The notes beneath the pieces were generated by a model, which did no database searches, was not told the DNA's origin, and saw only the letters and a program-made list of their open reading frames with translations. Both the position numbers and the translations under genes were made by a program. A stretch of DNA of 64,000 nucleotides from the human T2T-CHM13v2.0 reference genome, Homo sapiens: assembly GCF_009914755.1 (NCBI RefSeq), contig NC_060943.1. The stretch is one strand, 5' to 3'. This document shows, piece after piece, positions 1 to 13,463 of this stretch (position 1 is the stretch's first letter; each line of letters begins with the position of its first letter).

Positions 1-589
1 CACTGGCTCACATCAGGGATGTACTGACCACTCTGCTTATGCTGGACCACACCAAACCCAGGCAACACTAAGCCATGCAAAGTCATACATAGAATCTCCC
101 ATATCCTAAAGACGAAGCCCATAATATATTCTTGCAACTCTGCATTCCAGAGTCCCCTTCCCCCACATGTATAGTATGCTTATAGTAGTCCCTTAAGCAT
201 AAAGTTGTACAGACCCTAACATGGTAGTATTTGTACATCACCTCCGTGCCTTGCTCTAGCACTCAGAGTTCTAGTACAGGCATCAAGGGTGTCTGCTGCA
301 AGCATGCACCAGAGGGCTAACGCCCCAGGACAGCCCTCCACTCCACCAGTAGCAGATAGGAGTTGATGGATTCATACCCAGCCATTTCCTCCCTTACTTG
401 GAACAACTCAGGATTTTTTTACATTCCCAGAGCTCCCAGCTGCCAGGCAAAGCAATCTGCTCATTCAATGTGTTCTGTATCAGTCTCCTTCCCTTCCCTT
501 CTTCTCTCGGGCTAGATGGGATTAAGGCCTAAAGACCACCTATGTTAGCCAGAGTTCTCCAGAGAAACAGAGTCAATGGGATGTGTATA

Positions 590-1334
590 CACACACTGCA
601 TAACAACATTTTGGTCAACGATGGACCACATCTACCATGGTGCTCCTATAAGATAAAAATATAGCTGAAAATTTTCTATCGCTCAGTGATGTCTTAGCCA
701 TCATGACTGTCAATAACATCTGATATGGTTTGGCTGTGTCCCCATCCAAATCTAGAATTGTAGCTCCCATAATTCCCTGTGTCATCAGAGGGACCCAGTG
801 GGAGGTAATTGAATCATGGGGGCAGGTCTTTCCCGTGCTGTTCTCATGATGGTGAATAAATCCATGAGATCTGATGGTTCCATAAAGGGGATGTTCCCCT
901 GCACATGTTCTCTCTTGCCTGCCACTATGTAAGACATTTCTTTCACCTTCTCCTATGATTGTGAGGCCTCCTCAATCATGTGAAACTGAGTCCATTAAAC
1001 CTCTTTTTCTTTATAAATTACCCAGTCTCGGATATGTCTTTATCAGTGCGCAAAAACGGGCTAATACAACATCATAGCAGAATGCACTATGTTTAAATTT
1101 GTTTAGATAACACAAGTACTTATCACTGCATTACAGTTGCCTGTAGTATTCAGTACAGTAATATGCTCACAGATTTGTAGCCTGAGAGAAATAGGCTACA
1201 CCGTATAGTCTAGGCGTGTAGTAGGCCATACCATGTAGGTTTGTGTATGTACGCTATGAGGTTCACACAATGACATAATCACCTAAGGATGCATTTCTCA
1301 GAAAGTATCCCCATGGTTAAGCAATGCATGATTG
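590..1334 (+). mobile_element. Tigger3 (GOLEM)-type non-autonomous DNA transposon, interrupted by THE1
   Basis: 5' end gcataacaacattttggtcaacgatggaccac; 3' end gttaagcaatgcatgattg; flanked by TA at 588-589 and 1335-1336. Confidence 0.85.
721..1068 (+). mobile_element. THE1B-like MaLR solo LTR
   Basis: tgatatggtttggctgtgtcccc...ggctaataca, with a perfect 5-bp TSD ACATC (716-720, 1069-1073). Confidence 0.93.
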
Positions 1335-3307
1335 TATATGGAGAGCCAAATTCACTTAAAGGAATTGGTTCACATGATTTTGGAGGCTGGCAAGTCCAAA
1401 ATCTGCTGGTTAGGCCTGCAGGCTGGAGACCCACCCAAGGAAGGACCAGTGATGCTGTTCCAGTTGGAAGGTTGTCTGCTGCAGAATTCTCTCTTGCTCA
1501 GGGGAGGTCAGTCTTTTGTTCTATTCAGACTTTCAAATAACTGGATGCCCACTTTATGGAGGGCAATTAGCTTTACTCAAAGTCTACTGATATAAATGTT
1601 ACTTTCATCCAAAAACATCCATAACAATTTTCACTAAATATTTGGGCACCGTGGCCCAGCCAAGTTGACACATAAAATTAACCATCATACCTCCATTCCC
1701 CATCCCCTACCAGTGTGTCCTGCAACCACCACTGAAAGAAACAACTTGCACTCTAATTCTTGTAACAGTGTCTGCTTCTGGGGGAACCTAATTTAAAACG
1801 TTGTATTTTTAGTATACTGTGACTTGGAAAATAAATGAAAGCATAGAAATGCTTAGTCCTCTTTCAAAAACCTAGTGACCCATGAAAGCACTTGGCCCAC
1901 AGTTTGGGAACCACTGCATTGCAGGTGCTGGAGTTTAATGCCTAGAAAGGCCCACGCAATCTCTAAGGCCATGTAAACACAGATGTTTCCAAAGTCGTTG
2001 ATCATGATTTTGGAAAGACCTCAGCATTCCTAATAGTGACACAGATATTAGGATGGTGCTGTCAAAGAAGTCCCTCTCTATTCCATTGCATGCCCGACCT
2101 TCCAGACAGTTAGCAACGTTCTGAGAGGGTAAAGACTCTTATCTGAAACCCATCACGTCACCAAAGCAGCAACGATTTCATTTAAAAACAACACCTCTAT
2201 CCAAAGGCTCAGAATCTGTTCACAAAAGAAAACACATCTTTTGACATGCCTAAAAATACATGATTATATCCTTTGTGGCAAGATGAGACCAAGTGACTCA
2301 TTGAAGTCATAAAGGCTGCAAATTGCAGTATTGTTGTCTTTGAATGAAAATTGCCAGAGGACTTGTGTTTCGTTGTCTCAAGAAACCTAGGCAGTCATTT
2401 GCCGCATCAGGAGATCCAAATCATCTGAAGTTGAAGATCATCTCCTCCTTTTTGTATTTCATTAGCCAAGATCAGGTTAATAAAAAGTTTAAAAGTTGAC
2501 TGCCTTCCCCAGGAGATTTATTTAGACCTCCTCTGAGGGGATGAGCTGGGAATGGCAGCCTACACTCTCATTTCTCCAGAGCTCACTCTGTCTTCTCCCT
2601 CTGTGGTCCCTGAAGTCTGCCAATTAAAGACCTCCTCGATGACATTCTGCTGCTGAAGTTATGCACACATAAATCACTGTAATAGGAGAAGATTGTTATG
2701 TTAACCTCCACCATGCAACCCTTTTCCTTTTGTGAGAAATGTGAAAAACATTCATTTGTCTGGCACAAAGGAAGCTATTTCCCAACAGATGCCTGGAAGC
2801 CTTGCCTGGATGATGCCCCTTCCTGTGGTTACGTAGGTGGTGCCTCCTGCACCAGCAGGCATTACTCAACTCGAAACGCAGAGCAACGAGGCCATAAACC
2901 AGGCAGCATTACGTCAGAGACAGGGTGCTCTGAAATAAATGGGGAGCTGGTTCTATCTAGAGGAACATTTTTCCATGTTTAACCAAGCAAAACTGGAGAC
3001 ATTACTGAACACACAGTCTCAAAGGTCAATTCTTAAGGAGACCAGTGCTGGGGAGGGAAGACACAGTTTCTACAGCTATGGAGGAACCCTTGAGGTGGCT
3101 GGAGTTTCACTGTTAGAACGAGGGGCTGGTGTGCAGCGACTGTGAATTCTACTTTGATGCGAAAGATTGCATCTTCTGGTTGAGCCCCTGGGAGTGGCAA
3201 CCATAGCAGCCATGGGGCTGAACCTGGAGGTGGTCACCACTGTGTGCTTCCTCACCTGCACTGCAAATCTTCATGGGTTCAAATTCCCCAGAGATTCAGT
3301 TTTCAAA

Positions 3308-3344
3308 AGAGAGACAGACAGAGAGAGAGAGAGAGAGAGAGAGA
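3308..3344. repeat. (GA)n microsatellite
   Basis: Directly visible. Confidence 0.9.
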
Positions 3345-3702
3345 ATGTTTTATCAACAACAGAATACATATTCATGACGCATTAATGACTTATATCTACA
3401 TGTTAACTTTAGAAGATAATATTAATTGAAAGACTTGAAAAGGAAAAGTCTGGGCATGAGCTGAGCTGTTTCTCTCTATATTCAGTTGCCCCCAGTTAGC
3501 TGACTCAAGGCTGGGGTGCCCCCAGGGGATGGCGAGGGGGGACCTGCTATGCAGATACAGCCCCTCATCCAGAAACTGGCTTGCTTTGGACACCAAAGTG
3601 GGGACACCAAACTTGATCAAAGGACTCATTTGCCCACCCCTAAAGACCTGATTTTCAGAGCTGCTATCAAAGGGCAGCCACCTTGCAGGGCAAGCCCACA
3701 GC

Positions 3703-4365
<663 letters not shown>

Positions 4366-4635
4366 TTAGAGGGGTTGGTAGGGAGGGAACAGGACACAAT
4401 TTCTCTTATTACTTATTTCACAATCAAAATGAAATTTCATTCTAGTTCACACTACAGCAATTCACTTGCTGTTGGAATTTTGACATATTCTGTAAAGAGT
4501 GTCCAAAAATAACCAGTTGTACCTGATTCTGTTGAACTCTCTGCACCTGTCCATTTTAAATCTCATTTTCTTATTTGCTGTTTTTTCTCCCCCTTCAAAC
4601 TTACAGGTGTAAGGTGCTTTGTTTTTCTGCTTTTC

Positions 4636-4939
4636 TTTTTTTTTTTTTTTTTTTTTTTGAGACAGGGTCTCACTCTATCACCCAACCTGGAGTGCATGGC
4701 ATGATCTCAGCTCACTGTAACCTCCACCTCCTGGGTTCAAGTGATCCTTTTGCCTCAGCCTCCCAAGTACCTGAAATTACAGGTGTGCACCGCCATGCCC
4801 AGCTAATTTTTGTATTTTTAGTGGAGATGGGGTTTTATCATGTTGGCCAGGCTGGTCTCGAACTCCTGATCTCAGGTGATCTGCCCACCTCGGCCTCCCA
4901 AAGTGCTGGGATTACATGCATAAGCCACCATGCCTGGCC
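4636..4939 (-). mobile_element. AluS (Sx-like)
   Basis: Poly-T followed by gagacagggtctc...ctcaggtgatctgccc...cctggcc; tgcttttct on both flanks. Confidence 0.93.
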
Positions 4940-4959
4940 AGATGCTTTTCTCCTTAACC

Positions 4960-5065
4960 TAGAGTGACCAGCCATCCTGGTTTTCCTGGGACTGAGGACT
5001 TTCCCAGGACAGGGGCCTTTCAGTGCTTAAACCAGTCCCTTGCAAGCCATAGAGTTATTTGCCTT
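4960..5065 (+). mobile_element. MER81-like hAT DNA transposon
   Basis: tagagtgaccagccatcctggttttcctgggactgagg...ctttcagtgct matches the MER81 pattern. Confidence 0.75.
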
Positions 5066-5125
5066 CTTTAAGTAAACATGTAAATCTTAGTTTGAGCCTA
5101 CCAAACCATGATCAATTAAACACAG

Positions 5126-5486
5126 TATATTAGTCCTTTCTCACACTGCTATAAAGATACTACCTGAGACTGGGTGACATAAACAAAAGAGTTGACTGAA
5201 AGTTCTGCATGGCTGGAGAGACCTCAGGAAACTTACAATGATGGTGGAAGGCGAAAGGGAAGCTTGCACGTCTTACAAGGCAGCAGGAAGAGAGAAAGAA
5301 TGAGAATGAGGAAGTGCCACACTTTAAAACCACCAGCTCTCATGAGAACTCACTCAGTATCATGAGAATAGCATGGGAGAAACCACCCCCATGATCCAAT
5401 CACCTCCCACCAGGTCCCTCCCTCCACATGTGGGGATTATAATTTGAGATGAGATTTGGGTGGGGACAAAGAACTAAACCATATCA
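5126..5486 (-). mobile_element. THE1D/MSTA-like MaLR solo LTR
   Basis: tatattagtcc...aaaccatatca, with a perfect TSD CACAG (5121-5125, 5487-5491). Confidence 0.92.
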
Positions 5487-6369
5487 CACAGTTTCACGGT
5501 TTTGCAGTAGCAGATATACAAGTACATTCACCAGGCTGTGGGAAACTGGCCCTATGGGTTTCTGAGCAGAAGTGAGACCACGTCCATCATTGCTGAGAAC
5601 GATTTCCACTTCATACTGCAGGAAGAAGACTGAAGGTTTTCAGAGGCTATTGCACAATTCAAAGCATAAAACAATAAGGGGTTAAGTGAGGGGAATGGAA
5701 AACAAGGGGCAGGGTAAGCAGACCCTTCTCCACGGAGGTCTTGCAAATTGTTCCAATCCAGTCATTTATACAGTCTTCACCAGTTACCCGCAGGCCCCAT
5801 CAAAAGCAACATTTCACCTGAGGAGCCAACATGGGGTGCCACCTCCTCCCTGGCACATGTGGCCAGAGCATCATCTCACTGTGGTCCTTTTATTTTGAAG
5901 TAAAATATATAGGAACAATTAAAAAGGATGGAACCAATGCATCTCGACATTCTCTTTACAGGCAAAAAGAAAAAAAAAAAAACCAAATTAGGCTTTTGTT
6001 ACCCTGACAGCACTGAGAATCATCTGGCTTGTGAGCTTTTAAATACTCAGCGTATAATGAACATCTCCAGCCAGATCCAGTGGGCATCACTCGTGGAGAC
6101 TGGCCACAGGGTACGCCCACATCTCCCTTGCCTTCTTCTAGGCTTTCAAAGGGAGCCTGTGATGCCTACATATGAATTGCACTGAATTGCTCTTGATTAA
6201 ATCACTGTAATTTTTTTGTTACTCTATGCTTTACATTAATATTAGTTGAATACCCAAGGGTTTTTTTTTTCCACTAATCCCAGGTCCAAATTACACTTTT
6301 CTCATCCAGAAGTGTTGGGAAGATGGAAAATAAAAATAACGAGTATGAGGAAGAAGAAGAGAAATCGCT

Positions 6370-6640
6370 GATACTGAGAGGTTTTGCTAAGCACCTGGCA
6401 TTTTGCTGAGTGCTTCTCATGTTACGTTGTGCTCTGTGAAACTGCCATTTTCATGGGTCCCATTTTTATACTGTTTGACCCACTACATTGTCTCCTATCA
6501 TCCTCACAGCAAGTGAACCAATACTGTCATCGCCCTCTTTTTACACGTGGGTACACTGAGGCTGGAGAAGAGTGTGGTCCAAGCATGTGGTTGAGTCCAG
6601 CTGTCCCAGCTCTGACTCCAGAGACTGTGCTGCTAGCTGA
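6370..6640 (-). mobile_element. MIR fragment
   Basis: Degenerate MIR core (tcctcacagca...ttttacacgtgggtacactgaggct). Confidence 0.5.
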
Positions 6641-7289
6641 TACCCTTGAGTGCCCTGCCCTGACCCAGTTCCCCAGTCTTTTTTCTTTTCCCTTCTTCCC
6701 CAACCTCTACTCTGAGCTGTAGGCTGCTGATGAGAGAGGACAAACAAATAAGATGGACAAGATGGTACCAAATCCAGAGTCACGTGGACAAGGGGACGGC
6801 GTGGATTGAGTGGCTGGGGCAGTTGTAACTTCATGCTGCTGGGATTGGAAGCCAGAGCTTATTGAAGGCAAGTGCACGTGGACATTCCCAGCAGAGGAGG
6901 GGCAGAGCTCCCAGGGAACCACAAAAGCACCCACGTGGAGGGGCTGAGGATGTGGCCTGGGAAGGATGCCATGTGACCACGTTTCCTCTCTGTTTTCCAG
7001 GCCACCGTGGCTGACCACCCAAGCATCCGAGTCAATAAGTCTTTCACTGAGAAAGACCTGATGCCCCGCACAATCTCGCCCCAACTGGGAGGGTTGGCAC
7101 AGGCTTTGTCTTCTCCTTGCACTTACTAAAGTTTATTTAACAGTTTGGACCTTGCCTGTTGAATCTTGAAAATATCACAACTATGCATATACTGTGTTCT
7201 GAAGAGCTTACCCGAACACTATTTATTAGTCACTTTGATCTAATTCATCACATGCAAAAATCTCAAACAAGCACTAAGTGTCCTTTCAA

Positions 7290-7920
7290 GGGGACGTGTT
7301 AACGTAGTTAAAGTATGCCTAAGCCTCTGTTTCCCACGGCTCGGGCAACGGGTGCCATGGGTTCAAAAATGCAATTAAAAGAAGACTGTCAACTTCATCA
7401 TTGTCAAAACGCCACATCACCCGCTAAAAAAGAGGCGCCCCCTTCGTCAATTTCCCCATCCATGCCAAAGTTTTGGAGAGACCCTTCACTTTATAAATCA
7501 ACTCACAGCTTAGAACATCCTGGCAGCCCCTTCAAGGAACCGATCGGAATGACAGGGAAAGAGAGGATAACCATCATAGCTTGACTGGATACAGGTGTTT
7601 GCGTTTACAGACGAACCACAAACGCCTGGATCTTTGACAGGCGTTGATGCTATCAGTGAATCGCAGCTATTATTGGCTCCGGTCACCAAGGGCTCGGGGG
7701 CCTTTCCCTTAGCAACATCTCTGAGGCTGATAACATTTGGCTGAACTTTTCAGATTTTAACCTCCCTTCTGACTTTCTGCAGTCAAACCCGCCTAAACTG
7801 ATCAGAAGAAGAGACACGCAGTGGGAAGACAAGTAAAATATTATTGACTGGACTGTTTCATGTCTATTAGGAAGAAAGAGCAGAGGGGGGAGGGAGAACC
7901 TCACGGTCTGACAGGCGTCA
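7290..7920. promoter_or_regulatory. Candidate enhancer, CpG-retaining, with MEIS/TGIF-like and CTCF-like motifs
   Basis: About 18 CpG in 7290-7700; TGACAGGCGT at 7635 and 7909; GCGCCCCCT at 7435-7443; no repeat recognised. Confidence 0.45.
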
Positions 7921-8314
7921 AGATAATCAGGGGAGGAATCGGGGCTGCTCAGTAACCCTCAGTGAGGTTGGAAAGCACTGGCTTACAAGAGGTCATTGTT
8001 CTGCGCGGGGAACAAACAGGGCGCCAGGCAAACAAGGGCGCAATTGCATTCCTCTACGGGACCCCGTTCCTTGTCAGCAGGCCCTGCTCCTGCAGCAAAG
8101 CATAGGATGGGAAACAAAAACAGGAAGTCGCGTGGCTCAAGGAAGAGGCAGGGGCTCCGCATCCTCATCCAACGGCTTTGGTTTCTGGAAGCAGCAGGAT
8201 GTGCTGACCCTATATGCACCCTGGTGCCTGGGGCCTTTGTGCTGGGCAGAGGTGGGACCCAGAGGGACAGGCGATGCTGCTCTGGAAGGATTTGGCTTTG
8301 GCAATTGGTATTTT

Positions 8315-8315
<1 letters not shown>

Positions 8316-8361
<46 letters not shown>

Positions 8362-9133
8362 TTTATTTTTAAATTTTAGATTCAGGGGATGCCTGTGCCT
8401 GTTTATTACACGAGTATATTGCATACTGGTGAGAATTGGGCTTCTAGTGTATCCATTACCCGAACAGTGAACATTATCCCTGATGGGAAATTTTTCAACA
8501 ACTGCCTCACTCGCACTCTACTCCCTTTTGAAATCCCCAGTGTCTATTATCTCCATTTTATGTCCGTGTGTTCCCACTGATTAGCTCCCACTTATAAGTG
8601 AGAACACACGGTGTTTAGTTCTCTGTTCCTGCATTAATTCACATAGGATAATGGCCTCCAGCAGCATCCATGTTGCTGCAAAAGGCATAACTTCATTCTT
8701 TTATATGGCTGTGTAATATTCCATGGTGTGTATGTACCACATTTTCTTTACCCAGTCAACTGTTGATGGGCACTAAGGCTGGTTCCACAACTTTGTTATT
8801 GTGAATAGTGCTGTAATGAATATATTATATAATAATATATGTAGTGCTGTAATGAATGCAAGTATACATTATAATGATTAATATATACTTGATGAATAAT
8901 ATAATGATTTCTTTCCTTTGGGTAGATATCCAGTAGTGAGATTGCAGGTTAAGTGGTAGTTCTGTTATTTCTTTGAGAAATCTCCATACTGTTTTCCGTA
9001 GAGGTGGAACTAATTTACATTCCCAACAACAATATATAAGCATTCCCTTTTGTTCACATCCATGCCAACATCTGTTAGTTTTTGACTTTTTAGTGATAGC
9101 CGTTCTGACTGGTGTTGGATGATATCTCATTGA
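8316..9133 (-). mobile_element. L1PB-type 3' fragment whose tail carries a (TG)n repeat (8319-8360)
   Basis: Antisense L1 3'UTR and ORF2 end (MRYHPTPVRTAITKKSKTNRCW); 16-bp TSD ggcaa(t/c)tggtattttc at 8300-8315 and 9134-9149. Confidence 0.92.
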
Positions 9134-9879
9134 GGCAACTGGTATTTTCAATTTGCATTTCACTTCCCTGCTCCTTGTTCTGCTGTTCCTGACGGACCTC
9201 CTTGCTTCTTCAAGTTCACGTCCTCAGCCTCCTGGCTGTGCATGCCCAGGCTCAGGTGTGCATGTTGGGGAGCAGCTAGAAGGGCTCCGCTTCCTCTCAG
9301 TGACCTTAAGTCCAGTTGCCAAGCCTCCTGGGACTCCACAAATGGGTTGATGATACAAGACATGCTTCCCCCTGCCCCCAAACCTACTGGAGAGGACAAC
9401 AAACCCCACTTGCTAACCAGTTTGCAAGACCGAGCTTGCCATCTGAAGCAGAGGTCAAGGTATTCAGCACTGATAAAGAAAGCTGGAACAGTGAGGCCAT
9501 GCCCTGCCCTGCCTCTCCTTTCCTCCCTGGACCACTTTCATTTTTACTCGCCCCTTGGTTCTGTCAGGTAAAACCAACCACAGACACTGCTCAAGGAGGT
9601 CCCAGAAAACCTATGGAACATTCCCCACCATCCTTTGGGTACAATTCGCCTTGGAGCCATCTCTCTTTGAGGACTGGGCTTATTTCCCCCAAACATGTTT
9701 CCACTCTGTATTCCAGCAGCCCTGATCTGTGCAAATGGTTTGCTCACGGCCATCCAAGAAGCACCATCCTTTTGTTAGGGGAAGCACCTGATGCCCATAG
9801 AACCGTGTGACTTGTCCACTTGAGCTTCTCACCACTCAGGGTGAGAGGGTGGGGTGGCATTTCAGAAAAACATCAGGAA

Positions 9880-9980
9880 AGGGAGACTTGGAATCAGAGA
9901 ATGGCAGTACAGAAAGGAACTAAAACATCACCTTCTCCAATTATTTATGCCACATGTGGGGAAACTGAGGCACAGGGCAA
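9880..9980 (-). mobile_element. MIR fragment
   Basis: Core ggggaaactgaggcacag. Confidence 0.45.
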
Positions 9981-10394
9981 AGAAGAAAGAAACACTTGGG
10001 TTTACACATGGTAAACTCCCCTGCGGCCCGTCCCTGCCTCACCGCATGGCCCGGCTTTGCAGTGCATTCAGGCATGCGGGTCCATCCATGCTCCAGACAC
10101 GCCCAGGGTAGGCCCCACCTGCAGGGGCACTCGCTGTCTCCCTCACAGCTGACCAGGCTCTACCGCAGACCTTCAGCTGGGCCTAGATCAGAAACCTGGA
10201 GCCAAACAAGCTCCCATCTCCGTAACACATGCAGTTGGGGGGCCTGCAATGCTTCCTCCCCACACCCGGCCCCTAAACTTACTCTTATTTCCATCTCTTA
10301 CTGTGGTCTTGCGTGTCCTCTTTCCTAATTCTTCCCCTGTTAATCACCCTCCCACTCCCTGCCACAGAGCCTTCTAGAACCCTGGTTCTATGAC

Positions 10395-10640
10395 ATTATG
10401 ATGATGATGACAACGATGACGATAGTGGCAATCATTTATTAAGCATTGCCCTGGCCTAAGACACCACATGGGTCATTTCTTCCAGGCTCCAACTTGCTTC
10501 TGCTTTGCCATATGGTAACACGCCGTATTATGGAAGCACCATCATTACCGCCATTTGCAGGGGAAGCCTAAAGAGGTGAAGTATCTCGCTCAATCTCATG
10601 CAAGAAAGCCAGGATTCGAGCCTGCGAGCTCTTCCACTTC
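10395..10640 (-). mobile_element. MIR with (ATG)n tail
   Basis: atgatgatg...catttattaagca...agaggtgaagtatctcgctcaa...ccaggattcgagcc. Confidence 0.6.
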
Positions 10641-11059
10641 AGCCACCCTCGCCCAGCATTGTCCCAGAATAGTGTCGTCACCACAGGGTGGAGGGACGGG
10701 TCTCAGAACTCTAACATCCCCATGTCCGCCCCTCGACCACAGCCGCCTTTCCTGCCAGTCTTCAGACACCTGGTTTTCTTCCCAGAGACCTGCAGAACAG
10801 TGATGCCAGCCCCTTGCCCCTTGCATCAGTCCCTCCTGGCAGCTCCTCCCTCCCATGCAGCCCAGAACCCACACTGGTTCATAAGAACACACTGGTCTCA
10901 GCTGGGCACTCAGTTATCCCACATCTCTTCCTTGTCCTTAAACCTACAGAGATTGCGCCCTGCTCACCCCTCCTCCTCCCACCCATGTGGCTGGGAGCTA
11001 ATGGTAAGAATCTCGCCACTGTGTAGCACTGCATGTGGGCCCCCATCTCCACTGCACCC

Positions 11060-11720
11060 TAGGTCCCTCCATCAGGGCTTTCTGCCTCTGTTTTCAGCTT
11101 CCTCTTTCATTCCTCCCAGTGCTCTTGTGACCTCATCCTTCCACCTACAAATTTAGCAACATTCATGGCGACGCCTTCCTGCCAGTCTCACCAGCCACTG
11201 AAGACCAACCTTCCCTCCTTGCTCTTTCCTGTTGCCCATGGTCCTCTGTCTCCTCCACTCTGTTCTCCCCACCACCAACAGCTAAAGCACTCCTACCATA
11301 AACCAACAAACTAACCACCCTTAACATGATGACCTCCTCCCTCTCACTCAGTCCAGTCATCAGTGACCTTCCCATAGGCAGATCTCAGACACCCACTCCT
11401 CAGTCCTTGTGTGGCTGAACATCTCTGCTGTGTTCATCACCACTGAACACTCCTGCCATCTTGAAACTATCTACCCCCTTGGCCTCGGGTTTTCTTCCTT
11501 CCTCCATGACCACTCCAGCTCATTTCCACCCATGGCTCCCTCGTTCTTGACCTGTCCCTGGTTGGTGGTGGTCCCCAGGCTTCCACTGACAACCTGCCCC
11601 GTTTTCCTCTGCCATAGCTTTACCTGCCACCCCAGGTGCTAACTCAAGCTCTTCCCAAAGATTTTGGCTTAGCTCCAAACTGGCTGGATATCTCCAGTTG
11701 CCTTCGGCAAAAGAATATGT
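11060..11720 (+). mobile_element. L2 fragment(s)
   Basis: C/T-rich L2-like sequence (actcctgccatcttgaaact..., ctggatatctcc). Confidence 0.45.
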
Positions 11721-12489
11721 TCATGACAAGGGCCCACTCTCTTGCTCCCCAAGGTGATTTGATAGTGTGGTTTCGGATTACAGCCTGGCTTCCTGGGGTG
11801 ATCCATCACAAGAATAAAGAGTACTGATAAGGCCAATGGGTGCACTTCCATGTCAGGATGGTTGTGTTTCTCTCGGCAAATGAATGGGTAGTTTCCCCAG
11901 CACCTGCAGGTGGTGAGAGTTGGTCTCAGCTCTGATAACACAGGCTCTGCCAAAGGTGTGCCCTTGGGCTTTGGGGGATGGAACGGAGTCAGTGATAGTG
12001 TGTGGTGGTGTCCATCTGTCCTTGCTCAAAGCCGATCTCCACCTGCACCTGTTCTGAACCCTAGCTCTGGATGAAGAGAGCAGTTGAGTGTTGATGAATG
12101 GACAGAGCCAGCCCCCAGCTCTTCTGGGCTCACTGTTTGTGGGGGACTTATGGGCATGCTTGAGCCATAGGGTGGTTGCACCCCGGCCCACAGGGCAGGA
12201 TCCCCATCCACATTCACCTCACTAGAAATGAGGCAGCCCTTACTGTGTGAAATGTCACAGCGTGGGGGAGTGGCGGTAGGCAGCCACTGGGAAGAAGCAC
12301 CCTCCTCAAGCGGGTTTGATGTTTCTTTAACTCTCAAAACTGCTGCCCATGGTTTACAAGGTCATGAACAGGAAATGACACACAGCACATGCCTCTCATG
12401 GCAGCACCTCCTGGATACTCCATCTGGACCTGAAAATGCAGAAGGAACAGGGGGAGGAAGTCTAACCGGGAAGCCGCCTTTCAGATGCC

Positions 12490-12580
12490 CACTCTGTCAC
12501 TCACTCACTGCGTGACCTTGGGACAGTGACCAGCTCTTCCGAAGCTCAGGATGCTTATCTATTGGACATTTACTACAATC
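12490..12580 (+). mobile_element. MIR fragment
   Basis: ctcactgcgtgaccttgggacagtgacc. Confidence 0.5.
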
Positions 12581-12699
12581 CCACCCTGACTTCTCACCAG
12601 GTTGACTCAAGGTTCTCCTGTGGTTACCCTCAGAGCTGTCATGAGTGAGCCCAGAGGATGACGGAGCCAGTAGGGGTAGTGTCTTCACAATCCTCACCC

Positions 12700-13170
12700 T
12701 GGCAGTCCCGATGTGGTCCCCTCTGCTGATCCCCCATCCATGACAGGCTCCTTCTCATCCAACAGGCTTTAGCCCAGGAGTCACCGCCTCAGAGTGGACT
12801 TCCCACCACTCATTCCAGTGCAGCCGCCAACTCAAGGCACTTTCTAAATGATGCCTCTGTTCTGTTTTTTGAAGAAAGTCTCAAACTTACCTTCCAGGGA
12901 AACTGACCAAACCAAGAAATGCTGACCCTAAGTCCCTCCTGGAGCCAAGATCAGTGAATTCCTACATGGATCAGATGACGTGGCCTCTTCTTTGAGCTTC
13001 TCTCCAATGCTAATCTTCTAGTTATCACCAACTAGAGGTTTTTTAATTTATGTATTACATTTCTTGCTTGTTATCTGGTGGTCTGCAAGGTATAGGTGTA
13101 TCTTAGCCATTGAAGTAGAACCTGACTGGCTCATAGTAGGTCCTCAATAAATATTGACTGAATAGCTAAT
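12700..13170 (+). mobile_element. L2 3' end, interrupted at ~12871-13019
   Basis: Ends in the L2 terminus ctggctcatagtaggtcctcaataaatattgactgaat; the upstream half is gtcaccgcctcagagtggacttccc. Confidence 0.65.
12886..13019 (+). repeat. 134-bp dispersed duplication, copy 1 (partner 16096-16229)
   Basis: Hand alignment: ungapped, 9 mismatches in 134 bp. Confidence 0.97.
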
Positions 13171-13463
13171 GAGGGGATGATTGAGTGGACATCCCCTGTC
13201 CGAGGCTCGGATACCTGGACTTGATAGACCCTGGTTCCCAGGTCTCAGTGGGTTCTGCCTCTTGTCGCCTCCTTTGCCAGCCACTTCCTCAATGATGGAG
13301 AGAGCCGAGGTTCCCCTGCTGGATGCATTTTCCGTGAATTTGGGGAACACAAGACACTGTCAAGCCCACAGTGAGCTCTGAGCCCTTTCAGGAGAGCCAA
13401 CCCTTGATACAGTCCCCCAGGTACCCCTGTGAGTTTTTCTCCTATAAAAAATGAGAAATCTGT

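Larger units (their letters stand above)
541..1687 (-). mobile_element. MLT2B-like ERVL LTR, interrupted at 590-1334
   Basis: Starts tatgttagccagagttctccagagaaacag and ends caagttgacacataaaattaaccatca, the MLT2 termini in reverse orientation. Possible TSD cacct/tacct. Confidence 0.85.
150..1800 (+). mobile_element. LTR16-like (ERVL) LTR, split into ~150-510 and ~1693-1800 by nested insertions
   Basis: The 3' piece ends ...acttgcactctaattcttgtaacagtgtctgcttctgggggaacctaatttaaaac, matching the LTR16-type terminus. The 5' boundary is uncertain. Confidence 0.55.

Noticed and set aside
4575-4967. ORFs with [13 protein letters not shown]-type motifs, here and at other Alus
   Set aside because: Standard Alu translations, not genes.
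8825-9163. ORF resembling L1 ORF2 (also 49791-50048)
   Set aside because: Decayed C-terminal fragments of 5'-truncated L1 copies.
9316-9810. 164-aa ORF (also the 165-aa ORF at 10659-11156)
   Set aside because: Both are low-information ORFs with non-ATG (TTG) starts and no recognisable domain; expected by chance in GC-richer DNA.
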